Source: Aequorivita sp. (lineage in GTDB: Bacteria > Bacteroidota > Bacteroidia > Flavobacteriales > Flavobacteriaceae). Taken from it: a stretch of 64,000 nucleotides of DNA. This document shows, in pieces, positions 18,008-28,528 of the stretch; the stretch's first letter is position 1; every line of letters begins with the position of its first letter. The position numbers and the translations under genes were made by a program. The stretch is taken from assembly GCA_024637015.1 (NCBI GenBank), contig JAGXGE010000032.1, positions 73,531-137,530 on the forward strand, written 5' to 3'. The notes beneath the pieces were generated by a model that was given only the letters and a program-made list of their open reading frames with translations, was not told the origin of the DNA and ran no database searches.

Positions 18008-20500
18008 TTATCCTTCAAAACCTCCTTCGTCACCACCACCCATGCGATCTGGGCGTTGGCGCTGTTTCTTTTGGTTGAAGCGGTAGGTGAAAGTGAGCAA
18101 TACTTGACGCTGTCTCCACTGAAACTCACTTTCGCTTGTAAAGGTGCTTGTGGTTGTAAGACTGTTTCTTTTTCGGGTGTTGAAAAGATCACTAACGCTC
18201 AAAGCAAGTGTTGCCTTATCATCAATTATGTCTTTACTTATTGCCATATCAACTGAAAGGATTCCCTCTGATTCTGTTTGCGAATTATTTGAAGGTCCTC
18301 TGTAAAAGGCATTTGTTTGCCATTCAATCTTTGCGGGAAGTTTGAATTTACTGCTGAATCTTCCAAAATAGCTAGTGTTTTCTGCGCCATAATCCACATT
18401 GTTATAAAAGCCTTCAGTTTTGAAAAGGAAATAATTAAAACTTCCGTTCAAAGACAACCATTTTGTTGGATTGTAAAGGAGGCCCGTTTCAAAACCGTAG
18501 CGTTCATTTGTGGAAAGGTTTATAGGCAAAGTACGGATGATTGGGATTCCATTGCTGGTTACGTCACCAGTTTCCTCCTGTACTCTTTCAAAAGCGTCGG
18601 TTTCATTTTGATAATAAACGGAAGCAGTCAATGTGAGTTTTTTCCAACGTTTTAGGTAGCCCAAATCGAAAGCGCTTGCGTAGGCTGGGTCCAAGTCTGG
18701 ATTTCCCTGAAAAATATTTGCCTCACTTGAACGCGATGGGAAAGGGTTTATATACCAGTTTCTTGGTCTGTTGATACGTCTGTTATACCCAAGGGTTATG
18801 TTTTCATTATCTTTTATTTCGAAAGTAAGGTTTACGGTTGGGAACAAGCCAGTGTAATTTTTATCGAAATTTAAATCGAAAGGAGTATTCTCTGAAACAT
18901 TTTCAGCGGCTACTTTCCCTTTTAATTGCGTGTTTTCAAGGCGAAGACCAAGCAGAAAAGAAAACTTTCCAAATTTATTTCCGTATTGTGTATAGAAGGC
19001 ATTCACATTTTCATCATAAGTAAAAACATTGGAAAGGCTATCATTTCGAATGAAATTTCCAGAGGTGCCTGCTTCTTCAAGCAAAGTATAATCTGTAATG
19101 GTTTCTTCAAAATCACCACGGTAACCTGCTTCAAATTGTGCGTTTTCGCCAATAGGCAACACATAATCTACCTGTGCCAAATACTCTTTTTCATTTTCTT
19201 TATTTATAATATCTTCAGCAGGAAGAATTTCAAAATTGGGCAGCGTTCTTTGTTCCGTAATTAGTGAACGTTCGGTGTCCTTGCCTCGGTCATACTGAAG
19301 GTCTGCGGTTAATTTGTGGCCTTTATCGTTGAAGTTGTTTACATAATTCAATGAAAACTGATAGTTTGATCTGTCTTCAATTTGGTTCTCAAGTCTTCTA
19401 CTCTGCTCTTCAAGTATATTATTGTTATAATTTGCGGTATTGTTTGTAGTTTCATCATCGCCATCGCTTTTGCGGTAAAAACCGCTTGCAGTAATTGAGG
19501 ATTTTTCAGATAAAAAATATTCAATACCCAAATTTGTATTAAAACCTTTGCCCATACGGTCGTATCTTCTATCTTCAATCACTTGATCAAATTGTGGATC
19601 AATCGAAATTGGATTTCCGTTATCATCTAAAATGGTACGCGTAAAATATTTATTGTTGAAATAAGCATTTCCGGGACTATTTCGGTAATACACTCCAGTG
19701 GTATTGAAAATATTGAATTTATCCGTTCGAAGATTTATATTCCCAGAAGCGTTGCTGTTAAGTGGAACGCCAATGCTTGTGCTAAGCGAACCGTTCAGAC
19801 CAAGCGTTTTTTCTTTTTTAAGAATGATATTCAAGATTCCGGCGGTTCCTTCAGCATCATAACGGGCAGAGGGGGAAGTAATGACTTCTACTCGCTCAAT
19901 AGCTTCTGCAGGAAGTTGGCGTAGGGCATCTGTAGAACCGAAGCCAGCAATAGCTGAAGGTTTTCCGTTAATAAGGATCTTAACATTTTCATTTCCGCGA
20001 AGTGCAATTGCACCATCAACATCAACTGTCACCGATGGAACATTATTTAAAGCGTCGCTAACTGTAGCTCCACCAGCAGTGAGGTCTTTACCTATATTAT
20101 ATATTTTTTTATCGAGCCTAACCTGTACTTCGGTTGTTTCTGAACGAATCACTACCTCGTCCAAACTAGCTGCATCTAACGCCAAGGAAACATTGGGAAG
20201 AGTTGTGTTTTTTGTTAGGTTTTGGTTGGTAAGCTGTTTTGTTTTGTATGAAATAAACTCAAACTGTACTGTATATTTCCCTTCGGGAACATCGATATTG
20301 TACTTGCCTCCGGTGTCTGTTATTCCTCCAGTAACGGTTTTTCCCTGAGGATTGATAAAAGAAACAGTGGCGTATTCCAGCGGATAATTTGTGCCTTCTT
20401 CAAGGATGGTTCCTTTAACGGTAACTTGTTTTTTTTCAGGTTGTTGCGCAAATAATGTTGTTGTCCCACATAGGAGCAGTACAGATAATAAAAACTTCAT
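18008..20500 (-). CDS. TonB-dependent outer-membrane receptor with N-terminal CarboxypepD_reg domain
   Basis: The track ORF starts at TTG 20515. ATG 20500 gives MKFLLSVLLLCGTTTLFAQ, a signal peptide. It is followed by VKGTILEEGTNYPLEYATVSF (CarboxypepD_reg), a plug and a large beta-barrel. Confidence 0.85.
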   Translation of the reverse strand: MKFLLSVLLLCGTTTLFAQQPEKKQVTVKGTILEEGTNYPLEYATVSFINPQGKTVTGGITDTGGKYNIDVPEGKYTVQFEFISYKTKQLTNQNLTKNTTLPNVSLALDAASLDEVVIRSETTEVQVRLDKKIYNIGKDLTAGGATVSDALNNVPSVTVDVDGAIALRGNENVKILINGKPSAIAGFGSTDALRQLPAEAIERVEVITSPSARYDAEGTAGILNIILKKEKTLGLNGSLSTSIGVPLNSNASGNINLRTDKFNIFNTTGVYYRNSPGNAYFNNKYFTRTILDDNGNPISIDPQFDQVIEDRRYDRMGKGFNTNLGIEYFLSEKSSITASGFYRKSDGDDETTNNTANYNNNILEEQSRRLENQIEDRSNYQFSLNYVNNFNDKGHKLTADLQYDRGKDTERSLITEQRTLPNFEILPAEDIINKENEKEYLAQVDYVLPIGENAQFEAGYRGDFEETITDYTLLEEAGTSGNFIRNDSLSNVFTYDENVNAFYTQYGNKFGKFSFLLGLRLENTQLKGKVAAENVSENTPFDLNFDKNYTGLFPTVNLTFEIKDNENITLGYNRRINRPRNWYINPFPSRSSEANIFQGNPDLDPAYASAFDLGYLKRWKKLTLTASVYYQNETDAFERVQEETGDVTSNGIPIIRTLPINLSTNERYGFETGLLYNPTKWLSLNGSFNYFLFKTEGFYNNVDYGAENTSYFGRFSSKFKLPAKIEWQTNAFYRGPSNNSQTESEGILSVDMAISKDIIDDKATLALSVSDLFNTRKRNSLTTTSTFTSESEFQWRQRQVLLTFTYRFNQKKQRQRPDRMGGGDEGGFEG

Positions 20501-20585
20501 AGAATTCTTTAGCAAATTTGACTTACAAAAATATCCGTGGTTTAATGATGATTTGCCAATTTTCTGTTAAATAAAAATAGCTAAA

Positions 20586-20927
20586 CTATAAAATATCTAG
20601 TACTGTGCTGGGCGGTCTGCCAATTACTGCGTGGGTTCCATTAATAGCAATGGGACGTTCAATGAGCTTAGGGTTTTCAATCATTGCGTCAATGATCTGT
20701 TCATCGGTGAGATCTTTACCTTTGTGGTTTTCTTTCCAAACTGTTTCTTGGGTTCGAACAAGCGCTAGTGGCTTTATTCCTAAAAGTTCAATTACTTGCT
20801 TTAACTCTTGATGTGAAGGCGGTTTTTCAAGGTATTTAACTATTTGGATGGTTTCGCCTTCTTCTTCCAATAGCTTAAGTGCTTCGCGCGATTTGCTGCA
20901 GCGTGGGTTGTGGTATAGTGTTGTCAT
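20586..20927 (-). CDS. ArsC/Spx-family reductase-like protein
   Basis: 113 aa. N-terminal YHNPRCSKSR, the redox-Cys motif of the ArsC family. Confidence 0.7.
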   Translation of the reverse strand: MTTLYHNPRCSKSREALKLLEEEGETIQIVKYLEKPPSHQELKQVIELLGIKPLALVRTQETVWKENHKGKDLTDEQIIDAMIENPKLIERPIAINGTHAVIGRPPSTVLDIL

Positions 20928-21406
20928 ATATTTTGTTTCAATTCATCCAATTCCAATTTATAATCATACTGTAAATCTTCATGCAGTGTCTCCACTTTTT
21001 TTGAGATGTAATCAAGCTGTCTGTTATATAAATTGGTAAGGGTGGTATTTCGTGTTATGGAGGGTTTAAAATCCTTTAATTTTTCGCAAAAATAAAGCAA
21101 AAGATCCACTTCAGTTTCTTTGTTCTGCGAATAGCGGATGAATTTTTTCAGTTCGCGTAAAATTTTTCGAACGCTCTTTTTTATATAGAAATAAGTTTTG
21201 GTGTTTATAGTTTCAAAATCTGCATCCACTTTGGTTTTTATGCTTTGGATGAAACTTTCTTCATCTGCAGATTCAAAAAGTAAATAAGTAAGCAATTCTT
21301 TGTTTTCCTTTTTAAATTTTGAAAGCCGAAGGCAAAGCTCTAGTAATTCCTGAGTAGAACGGTGGTTGAGCTCGGTTTTGATTTCCTTTAAAGTGGTGGC
21401 TTTCAT
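20924..21406 (-). CDS. Hypothetical protein
   Basis: The track ORF begins at TTG 21502. ATG 21406 (MKATTLKEIK...) gives 160 aa. The stop overlaps the ArsC-family start (ATGA). Confidence 0.5.
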   Translation of the reverse strand: MKATTLKEIKTELNHRSTQELLELCLRLSKFKKENKELLTYLLFESADEESFIQSIKTKVDADFETINTKTYFYIKKSVRKILRELKKFIRYSQNKETEVDLLLYFCEKLKDFKPSITRNTTLTNLYNRQLDYISKKVETLHEDLQYDYKLELDELKQNI

Positions 21407-21559
21407 AACTTTTGTTTGAAGTAAAAATACATTTGATTTTTTAGTTAATAAAGAATTTCCCTCGGAAAACACAAAAGGGTTACCTGCAAAGTGATTTAAC
21501 AAAGTCAGTTTTTAAAAGAGAACTATTTTTATGTACTTTTAAAATCGCAAAAAAAGAAT

Positions 21560-22291
21560 ATGTCCTCAAAAAAAATAAAACTTACTTTTTCGCTCCTTGC
21601 TTTTATTGGTTTTGGAGCTTTTTCCCAAAACAATTCCCAAAATATTATTTACGAAACTTACGACAAGATTGTTGGTTTGGACAACACAGGTCTTTTCAAC
21701 GGAACTGAGTTTACAGATATCTTTTTAAATACGGATGGAAGTTATAGGTATTTCAATGGCTTTGATTACACAAAAGGTTCTGTTAAATATAATGACCAAT
21801 ATTATTCAAATGTTTTTTTAAAATATGATTTGTTAGAGGACAATCTGCTCACGCATTCAAATGATAATTTGAGTATTTTCAACGTGAAATTGATTCCAGA
21901 ATTAATAAATTCATTTTCTATTTATAATCGCAATTTCATTAGATTGGAAAATACCAATTTAGGACTATCAGGTAATGGTTTTTTTGAAATTGGATTTTTA
22001 GGAAAAGATATTGCTCTTTACATAAAGCGCACAAAAAAGAAAAAAGATAAACCATTGAAGAATGGCGTTCAATATCAATTCTCGGAAGATAACTTTTACG
22101 TTTTGAAAACGGATGGACACTATAATATAGTGGGAAAGGCAAAGGATGTTTGGGAAATTCTTCCGGAAAAAGAAGGCCAAATTCGTGAATTTTCCAAAAG
22201 CTATAAAGCTCTTTCCAAATCAAACCCAGATAGTTTTATGATAAAACTGATTCAGTATCTGGACGGTTCTGTCCAAAATACCCAACAATAA
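21560..22291 (+). CDS. Hypothetical secreted protein
   Basis: 243 aa with an N-terminal signal peptide (LLAFIGFGAFSQ). First gene of a four-gene plus-strand cluster. Confidence 0.55.
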   Translation: MSSKKIKLTFSLLAFIGFGAFSQNNSQNIIYETYDKIVGLDNTGLFNGTEFTDIFLNTDGSYRYFNGFDYTKGSVKYNDQYYSNVFLKYDLLEDNLLTHSNDNLSIFNVKLIPELINSFSIYNRNFIRLENTNLGLSGNGFFEIGFLGKDIALYIKRTKKKKDKPLKNGVQYQFSEDNFYVLKTDGHYNIVGKAKDVWEILPEKEGQIREFSKSYKALSKSNPDSFMIKLIQYLDGSVQNTQQ

Positions 22292-22309
22292 TCTGCCGAA
22301 AACATTTCA

Positions 22310-25072
22310 ATGAAAAATATTTTTTTAGCCTTTATTTTATTCTTCACCACTACTGGTTTTATTATTGGTCAGAATTCTCAAAAGATTAGCATATCTTTTG
22401 AGAACACACCTTTGGAAGACGCTATTTTAAAAGTGGAAATGCTTTCGGGCAAAACTTTTTATTTTGATGAAGCCTGGCTAAAAGGGCATTTTGTAACTAA
22501 AAATTTTGAAAATGAATCGCTCCGAAGCGTTTTGGATGGTTTGTTTGCGAACACAAATATAAATTACGTTCTAAAAGACGGAAACGTTATACTGCTTAAC
22601 AATACTTATGTTTACAGCGAATTGCCATCAGATTATTTTAATGAGGCAAAGCCCGACGAAAAGGTTATAAAGGAAAACAATAATACCCCAATTTTTCAGG
22701 AAGAATATGCTTCGGCCCAAACGGTTCAAAATAGAAAATTGGTGACCATTGGCAAACAGCTGCCTAATTCAGCAAATAAAACCTATACACTTTCGGGAGT
22801 TTTTAAAAATACCAAAACAGGAGAACCTCTTCAAAGTCTTTCCATTTCTACCACAGACCGAACTAAATATGCGGTAACAGATTCTGAGGGACGTTTCAGT
22901 ATTCGATTACCATATGGGTTGAATAAGTTGGAAACTAATCTTTTAGGCTATGAGAAAATAAGGCAAGATGTTATTATGTATGGTGATGGCACACTGAACA
23001 TTGCATTACAGGAAAATACAGAATCACTTGAAGAAGTAGTGGTAAAGTCAAATAAAGATGCAAATGTGCGTGATGCAGTAGTTGGCGTAACCAACATTGA
23101 TATAGAATCTATCAAAATAATTCCCTTGGTTTTAGGAGAACGCGACATTTTAAAAGTTGCCACTACTATGCCCGGAATTAAAACAACGGGTGAAGGTTCC
23201 AGCGGTTTCAACGTTCGCGGGGGGCGTTCAGATCAAAACCTTATTTTGTTAGACGATGCAGTGCTTTATAATCCATCTCACTTCTTAGGTTTCTTTTCTG
23301 CGGTAAACCCTTTTACCACGGGAAGTTTGGAAATTTACAAAGCAAGTATTCCCGCCGAATATGGAGGGAGATTATCTTCTGTTTTTGATATTGAAACAAA
23401 ATCTGGCAATATGGAAAAGTTTGCAGGGGAAGGTTCCGTGGGTCCAATAACAGCCAATCTTGCTGTGGAAGTTCCGGTTGTAAAGGAAAAAGCTTCTTTA
23501 ATTACTGGCTTCCGTGCTACTTATTCCGATTGGATTTTAAGGAGTCTCAATGAAGATGAACTTAAAAACAGCCAAGCTTCTTTTTACGATGGAATTGTAA
23601 AATACAAACACAATATTGATGATAACAATACTATTCAAGGTACTTTTTATTATAGCAAAGATCGTTTCAGTATAACTTCCGATTCTATTTTTGATTACAA
23701 CAACCGATTAATTTCTTTGAAATACGGCCATAATTTTAGCGAAAAGAGCAGGGCAGAGCTTATTTTGGTAAACAGTCAGTATAAATATGGAATCAATTAT
23801 GAAGCTGACGCGAACGAAGATTTTGATTTTGGGTACGAACTCAACGAATATCAAGCAAAACTGAATTTCAATTATAAGTTGAGTGAAAAACACAAATTAA
23901 GTTACGGACTCAGCAGCAAACTTTATTCAATAGATCCCGGTTCAATTGTTCCTATTGGTAGCGTTTCAGATGTTGATCCAAAAACTGTTGACCGTGAAAA
24001 AGGGCTGGAATCTGCCATTTATCTTGCAGATTTGTTTGAAGTTAGCGATAAGTTTTTGCTGGATGTAGGATTGCGTTATTCATTTTATGCTGCACTGGGT
24101 GAAGCTACCCAAAATGTGTATGCAGGAGGTGTTCCCAAAAGCGAAAGCTCTATAGTTGAAGTAAGAAATTATGGTAAAAACGAAGTAATTGAAACTTACG
24201 GTGGCCCAGAATACAGAATTTCTGCCCGCTATTTATTGGGAAATGATTTTTCGGTGAAGGCAGGCTTCAACCGTACCATTCAATATTTGCACCTTCTTTC
24301 TACGAATACAACCCAGTCTCCAACTGATATTTGGAAACTTTCAGATTTGAATATTGAGCCACAGCGCGCCAATCAATATTCCTTGGGATTCTTTAAAAAT
24401 CTTTCGGGGAAAGATGTTGAGTTCAGTATTGAAGGCTATTACAAAACAATGAACGACCTGCTCGATTATAAAATTGGTGCCCAATTGATTTTAAACGATG
24501 ATCTTGAAACCGAACTATTACAAGGTGAAGGAAAAGCGTATGGAGTAGAATTTCTTGTAAAAAAGAATGCTGGCAGTTTCAATGGCTATTTTGGATATAG
24601 TTATTCGCGTTCACAAGTGAAACTGGATAGTCAAATTATACAAGAACGGGTTAACAACGGGGAATTTTTCCCCGCAAACTATGATAAGCCACACGATTTT
24701 TCAGTAGTTGCGAATTATAAATTGACCAAACGTTTTAGCTTTTCGGGAAATTTTACATATCAAACGGGTAGGCCAATTACATATCCAATTGGGCGATTTG
24801 TGTTTGCAGGCGAAGAACAAGTGCTTTACAGTGACCGAAATCAATTTCGAATTCCTGATTATTACAGACTTGACTTGGGGGTAAACATTGAGGGCAACCA
24901 CAAGCTGAAAAAACTGGCGCACAGTTTTATCAATATTTCGGTATACAACGTATTGGGCAGAAACAATCCATACTCGGTATTTTTTGTAACCGAAGAAGGT
25001 CAGATAAAAGCGTATAAAACTTCAATATTTTCTGTACCTGTGCCAACTATAACGTATAACTTTAAGTTTTAG
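22310..25072 (+). CDS. TonB-dependent receptor with STN-like signalling domain, CarboxypepD_reg domain and plug
   Basis: 920 aa. Signal peptide, then an STN-like ~70 aa (ISISFENTPLEDAILKVEMLSGKTFYFDE...VILL), then YTLSGVFKNTKTGEPL...DSEGRFSI, plug and barrel. C-terminal ...ITYNFKF. Confidence 0.8.
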   Translation: MKNIFLAFILFFTTTGFIIGQNSQKISISFENTPLEDAILKVEMLSGKTFYFDEAWLKGHFVTKNFENESLRSVLDGLFANTNINYVLKDGNVILLNNTYVYSELPSDYFNEAKPDEKVIKENNNTPIFQEEYASAQTVQNRKLVTIGKQLPNSANKTYTLSGVFKNTKTGEPLQSLSISTTDRTKYAVTDSEGRFSIRLPYGLNKLETNLLGYEKIRQDVIMYGDGTLNIALQENTESLEEVVVKSNKDANVRDAVVGVTNIDIESIKIIPLVLGERDILKVATTMPGIKTTGEGSSGFNVRGGRSDQNLILLDDAVLYNPSHFLGFFSAVNPFTTGSLEIYKASIPAEYGGRLSSVFDIETKSGNMEKFAGEGSVGPITANLAVEVPVVKEKASLITGFRATYSDWILRSLNEDELKNSQASFYDGIVKYKHNIDDNNTIQGTFYYSKDRFSITSDSIFDYNNRLISLKYGHNFSEKSRAELILVNSQYKYGINYEADANEDFDFGYELNEYQAKLNFNYKLSEKHKLSYGLSSKLYSIDPGSIVPIGSVSDVDPKTVDREKGLESAIYLADLFEVSDKFLLDVGLRYSFYAALGEATQNVYAGGVPKSESSIVEVRNYGKNEVIETYGGPEYRISARYLLGNDFSVKAGFNRTIQYLHLLSTNTTQSPTDIWKLSDLNIEPQRANQYSLGFFKNLSGKDVEFSIEGYYKTMNDLLDYKIGAQLILNDDLETELLQGEGKAYGVEFLVKKNAGSFNGYFGYSYSRSQVKLDSQIIQERVNNGEFFPANYDKPHDFSVVANYKLTKRFSFSGNFTYQTGRPITYPIGRFVFAGEEQVLYSDRNQFRIPDYYRLDLGVNIEGNHKLKKLAHSFINISVYNVLGRNNPYSVFFVTEEGQIKAYKTSIFSVPVPTITYNFKF

Positions 25073-25077
25073 GAATT

Positions 25078-26286
25078 ATGAAGACAAAGTTTTTTTATAT
25101 AACACTTTTTTCAATATTACTTTTTCAGATGGGTTGCACCGAACCATATGAAATAGAAACAATCAACTATGAAAAAGTGTTAGTGGTGGAAAGCACTATT
25201 ACAAACGAAATGAAACCTCAAGTGGTAAAGCTGAGCAGAACTTCAACCCTTGATAATCCTCAAATTTTAATTGAGAATAATGCCACGGTAACTGTTTCGG
25301 GTAATAGTGGGGAAACTTATAGTTTTTCGCAAGATAATGAAACAGGCTTTTATATTTCAAATCAAGCTTTTAGTGCCCAGCCAAATGTTGCATATACACT
25401 AGACATCCAAACGCAAGATGGCAAGAGCTATAAATCATCTGCGGTTATATTACCGTCAGCTTTAGAAATGGACCAGGTGTATGCAGAGCGTATTGAGGAT
25501 TTAAACGACGACAAAGATGGGGTGCAGGTTCTGGTAGATACAGAGGATGAAACGGGAAATGCCAAATATTTTAGATATGAATATGAGGAAACATATAAAA
25601 TCACCGCACCGTACCCTTCTCCCTTTGATTCGGAGATTATAAATTACAATCCTAGCAATGGCACTTATGAAGTTGTACTTACTCCCAGAGAGCCAGAAGA
25701 AATCTGTTATTCCACTGAAATTTCAACAGGCATTTCGCAAACTACAACAACTGAGTTAAATGAAAATAGGGTGTTTCGTTTTCCTGTGAGATATTTGTCA
25801 AAACTTGACCCTAAATTACAAACTCGTTACAGCATTTTAGTAAAACAGTATGTGCAAAGTGTAGAAGCTTATACTTTCTATAAAATAGTGAAAGAACTTG
25901 GCAGCGTTGAAAGTCTCTTATCTCAAGGACAGCCGGGTTATGTTGCAGGTAATATGGTTTCGGAGGTAAATCCAGATGAAAAAGTTTTGGGCTTTTTTGA
26001 AGCATCTTCTATGACTTCAAAACGAATTTATTTTAATTATCAAGATTTTGGTTTAGAAAAACCTCCGTATTTTATAGAATGCGAACCACTACTATTGGAT
26101 TATAATGACAACACAATTTTAGATAATGATGCGGACGAACGGGAAGTAATTTATACCCAATTAACTTATTTTGACTATCAAGTTTTAAATTTAAGTCAAC
26201 TCACACTTTATTTAATTGTACAACCAGAATGCAGTGTTTGCACTTCTTTTTCATCAAATGTAAGACCCGATTTTTGGGAAGATTAA
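25078..26286 (+). CDS. DUF4249-type lipoprotein (usual partner of this TonB receptor class)
   Basis: 402 aa. Lipoprotein signal LLFQMGC. Starts 5 nt after the receptor stop. Length and arrangement are typical of DUF4249. Confidence 0.6.
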   Translation: MKTKFFYITLFSILLFQMGCTEPYEIETINYEKVLVVESTITNEMKPQVVKLSRTSTLDNPQILIENNATVTVSGNSGETYSFSQDNETGFYISNQAFSAQPNVAYTLDIQTQDGKSYKSSAVILPSALEMDQVYAERIEDLNDDKDGVQVLVDTEDETGNAKYFRYEYEETYKITAPYPSPFDSEIINYNPSNGTYEVVLTPREPEEICYSTEISTGISQTTTTELNENRVFRFPVRYLSKLDPKLQTRYSILVKQYVQSVEAYTFYKIVKELGSVESLLSQGQPGYVAGNMVSEVNPDEKVLGFFEASSMTSKRIYFNYQDFGLEKPPYFIECEPLLLDYNDNTILDNDADEREVIYTQLTYFDYQVLNLSQLTLYLIVQPECSVCTSFSSNVRPDFWED

Positions 26287-26288
26287 TT

Positions 26289-28022
26289 ATGATAAAAAAA
26301 TCAATATTTATAGTATTCATACTTTTCGGATTTTTTGCTGTTGCGCAAATTCCAAGCACGGAAGTTGCTGTTGACACAAAAGTTTTTCCGAAAGAAACTG
26401 TGCAGCTTTCAATTAACTCAAATATGCTTTTAGCGGGCGAGCTGCTGCAGTACAAAGCGTATAGCCTTAATGCTGCAAACAGAAAAAGCAATTTAAGTAA
26501 AGTGCTCTATGTTTCTATGCGCAATGAAAATGATTCTGTGGTTTTTACACATAAACTGAAAGTAAAAAATGGAACAGCCCATGGCGATTTTTTTATTCCT
26601 TCTTCATTGAAAACAGGGGTTTATAGACTTATTGGCTACACTAATTTTTCGAGAAACAACATTCAAGATGCCTTTGTTGAAAAAAGTATTTATATTATAA
26701 ATTCTTTTGTGAAAACAGAAAAAACAACCGGAACGCACGCCGATACCATATTATTGAAAAAAGAAATAGGACCCAATTCACAGGAAACGCAAAGCTCCCC
26801 ATTAAATAAAATTTCAATTAATACAGATAAACCTTCTTATGACCATCGCGAAAAGGTTACTGTAAGCATTGAAAATATAGATGGCAACAATACTGGAAAT
26901 TATGTGCTTTCAGTCCGGAAAATAAATCCAATTGAAATTTTGGATAAATCCAGAAAAACCTCAAAAAATAAACTTTCAGAAACTTTTTATATACCCGAGA
27001 TTCGCGGAGAAATTATTTCTGGTGTAGTGCTTTCCAAAACAGATAATCGACCTATTGCAAACAAGGAAGTTTCGCTTACAATTCCTGGAAAAAATTATGT
27101 TTTCAAAATAGCAAAAACAAACAGCAATGGTAGATTTTTCTTTTCAGTTTCTGAAGGCTATAATACAGAAAAAAGTATTATTAAGTTAAATGAAACCAAA
27201 ACTAACGCCACAAATTTCAATTTAGTTTTAGATAAAAAAGACTTCGATTTGGGCAAAAGCGATACTTCATTTTTAAAACTTGATCCAACGATGAAAGATT
27301 GGTTGCAGGAGCGTAGTGTGCAAATGCAAATTGAAAATGCATATTACGATACAAAAAAAGATAGTATTCTTAATAATGAAACCAATGTGCCATTTTATAA
27401 CAATTTAGGCACTGTCTTTTTATTGGATGATTATACTCGTTTTCCCACTGTAAAGGAGACGTTTGTAGAAGTTGTGACGCTTGCTGCAGTTAGAGGGGTT
27501 GGTAGCGATAGTAGATTTGTTGTCAATAATGAATACGATCCAAATGGAACTGCAAACTTTAACGATATACCGCCATTGGTGCTTATGGACGGGATGCAAA
27601 TTTTAAATAATGAAGATTTGATTAACTATAATGCCAGAGAGATTAAAAGCATCCGTGTTATTAACAAACCCTATCGATTTGGCCCAAAATTATTCAGTGG
27701 CGTAATATCTGCTGAAACAAAAAAAGGTGACTTTATACCCACAAAAAGTGAAGGATATATAGAAGAATTAAGTCTTCCGCCTGCAGTTAAGGACAAAAAG
27801 TATTTCCGCCCAGACTATTCTCAAAAGTCTGAAAATGCAAGAATTCCTGATTATAGGGTACAATTGCTGTGGCAAGCTGATTTAAATCTTGCAGAAAACG
27901 GATGTGTTGTTACATTCTACACATCCGATGTATGGGGTAGTTTTGAAATTTCATTTGAAGGATATTCCGAAGAAGGGACATATGTTTCTGCCAAAAATTA
28001 TTTTGTCGTTGCAGAAAATTAG
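26289..28022 (+). CDS. Secreted multidomain protein (MG2-like, CarboxypepD_reg-like and plug-like segments, no barrel)
   Basis: The track ORF starts inside the upstream gene. ATG 26289 gives MIKKSIFIVFILFGFFAVAQ. Contains ISGVVLSKTDNRPIANKEVSL...NSNGRFFFSV and PLVLMDGMQILN...REIKSIRVINKP, which resembles a TonB plug core. Confidence 0.55.
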   Translation: MIKKSIFIVFILFGFFAVAQIPSTEVAVDTKVFPKETVQLSINSNMLLAGELLQYKAYSLNAANRKSNLSKVLYVSMRNENDSVVFTHKLKVKNGTAHGDFFIPSSLKTGVYRLIGYTNFSRNNIQDAFVEKSIYIINSFVKTEKTTGTHADTILLKKEIGPNSQETQSSPLNKISINTDKPSYDHREKVTVSIENIDGNNTGNYVLSVRKINPIEILDKSRKTSKNKLSETFYIPEIRGEIISGVVLSKTDNRPIANKEVSLTIPGKNYVFKIAKTNSNGRFFFSVSEGYNTEKSIIKLNETKTNATNFNLVLDKKDFDLGKSDTSFLKLDPTMKDWLQERSVQMQIENAYYDTKKDSILNNETNVPFYNNLGTVFLLDDYTRFPTVKETFVEVVTLAAVRGVGSDSRFVVNNEYDPNGTANFNDIPPLVLMDGMQILNNEDLINYNAREIKSIRVINKPYRFGPKLFSGVISAETKKGDFIPTKSEGYIEELSLPPAVKDKKYFRPDYSQKSENARIPDYRVQLLWQADLNLAENGCVVTFYTSDVWGSFEISFEGYSEEGTYVSAKNYFVVAEN

Positions 28023-28120
28023 AATTTTGTGTTAAAATTAGTTGGCTTTTTGTTAAAAAATATCCCTGAATTGTTTTAACTTTAATACACTTTTTTAAAC
28101 AACCTTAAACCTCGACCATC

Positions 28121-28291
28121 ATGCTTCACTGGAAAGCAACCTATATTATACTCGCTATAGTCTTTGGGGTTATAGGTTTTATAGGTATTGGTGATGGGGG
28201 GCTTGAGCCTGCAAAATATATTAGCGGTATTTTTGTAGTATTGCTTCTTGTGTTTTGGACTGCAGACTTTGTGGGCAGAAAGCGAGGTTAA
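28121..28291 (+). CDS. 56-aa small membrane protein (UPF0391/DUF1328-like)
   Basis: Encodes MLHWKATYIILAIVFGVIGFIGIGDGGLEPAKYISGIFVVLLLVFWTADFVGRKRG. Two helices and a GRKR tail, as in YtjA-type proteins. Below the ORF-track cutoff. Confidence 0.55.
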   Translation: MLHWKATYIILAIVFGVIGFIGIGDGGLEPAKYISGIFVVLLLVFWTADFVGRKRG

Positions 28292-28358
28292 ACTTCAATG
28301 TTAAAGTTTTAAAAAATGAACCCACTCATAAAGTTTAATTATGTACATTTATCAAACT

Positions 28359-28444
28359 ATCATATCGGGGTGCTTAAGTTTTCATAACAGCTGAGAATAT
28401 ACCCGTTGAACTTCGGAGGATAATGCCAACTGAAGAAATATGAT
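28359..28444 (+). promoter_or_regulatory. TPP (THI-box) riboswitch aptamer
   Basis: P1 is ATCATAT (28359-65) / ATATGAT (28438-44). Conserved cores are in order: CGGGGTGC, GCTGAGA, ACCCGTTGAAC, P4/5 CTTCGG / CTGAAG closing AGGATAATGCCAA. Aligns well with E. coli thiM-type aptamers. Confidence 0.85.
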
Positions 28445-28447
28445 TTA

Positions 28448-28492
28448 CAAAGGGAATAAAGATTTTTTAAATCTTGTTCCCTTTGTTTTTTT
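28448..28492 (+). terminator. Intrinsic terminator acting as the riboswitch expression platform
   Basis: caaagggaa (28448-56) pairs with ttccctttg (28478-86), with an inner aagatt/aatctt extension, followed by TTTTTT. Confidence 0.75.
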
Positions 28493-28528
28493 GCGAAATT
28501 TCGGCTGCCTGTGTTTGATTATTGAACA

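Noticed and set aside
19881-20348. 155-aa plus-strand ORF inside the TonB-dependent receptor gene
   Set aside because: It is antisense to a receptor gene with clear domain structure, and its Ser/Pro/Val-rich composition is typical of a shadow frame.
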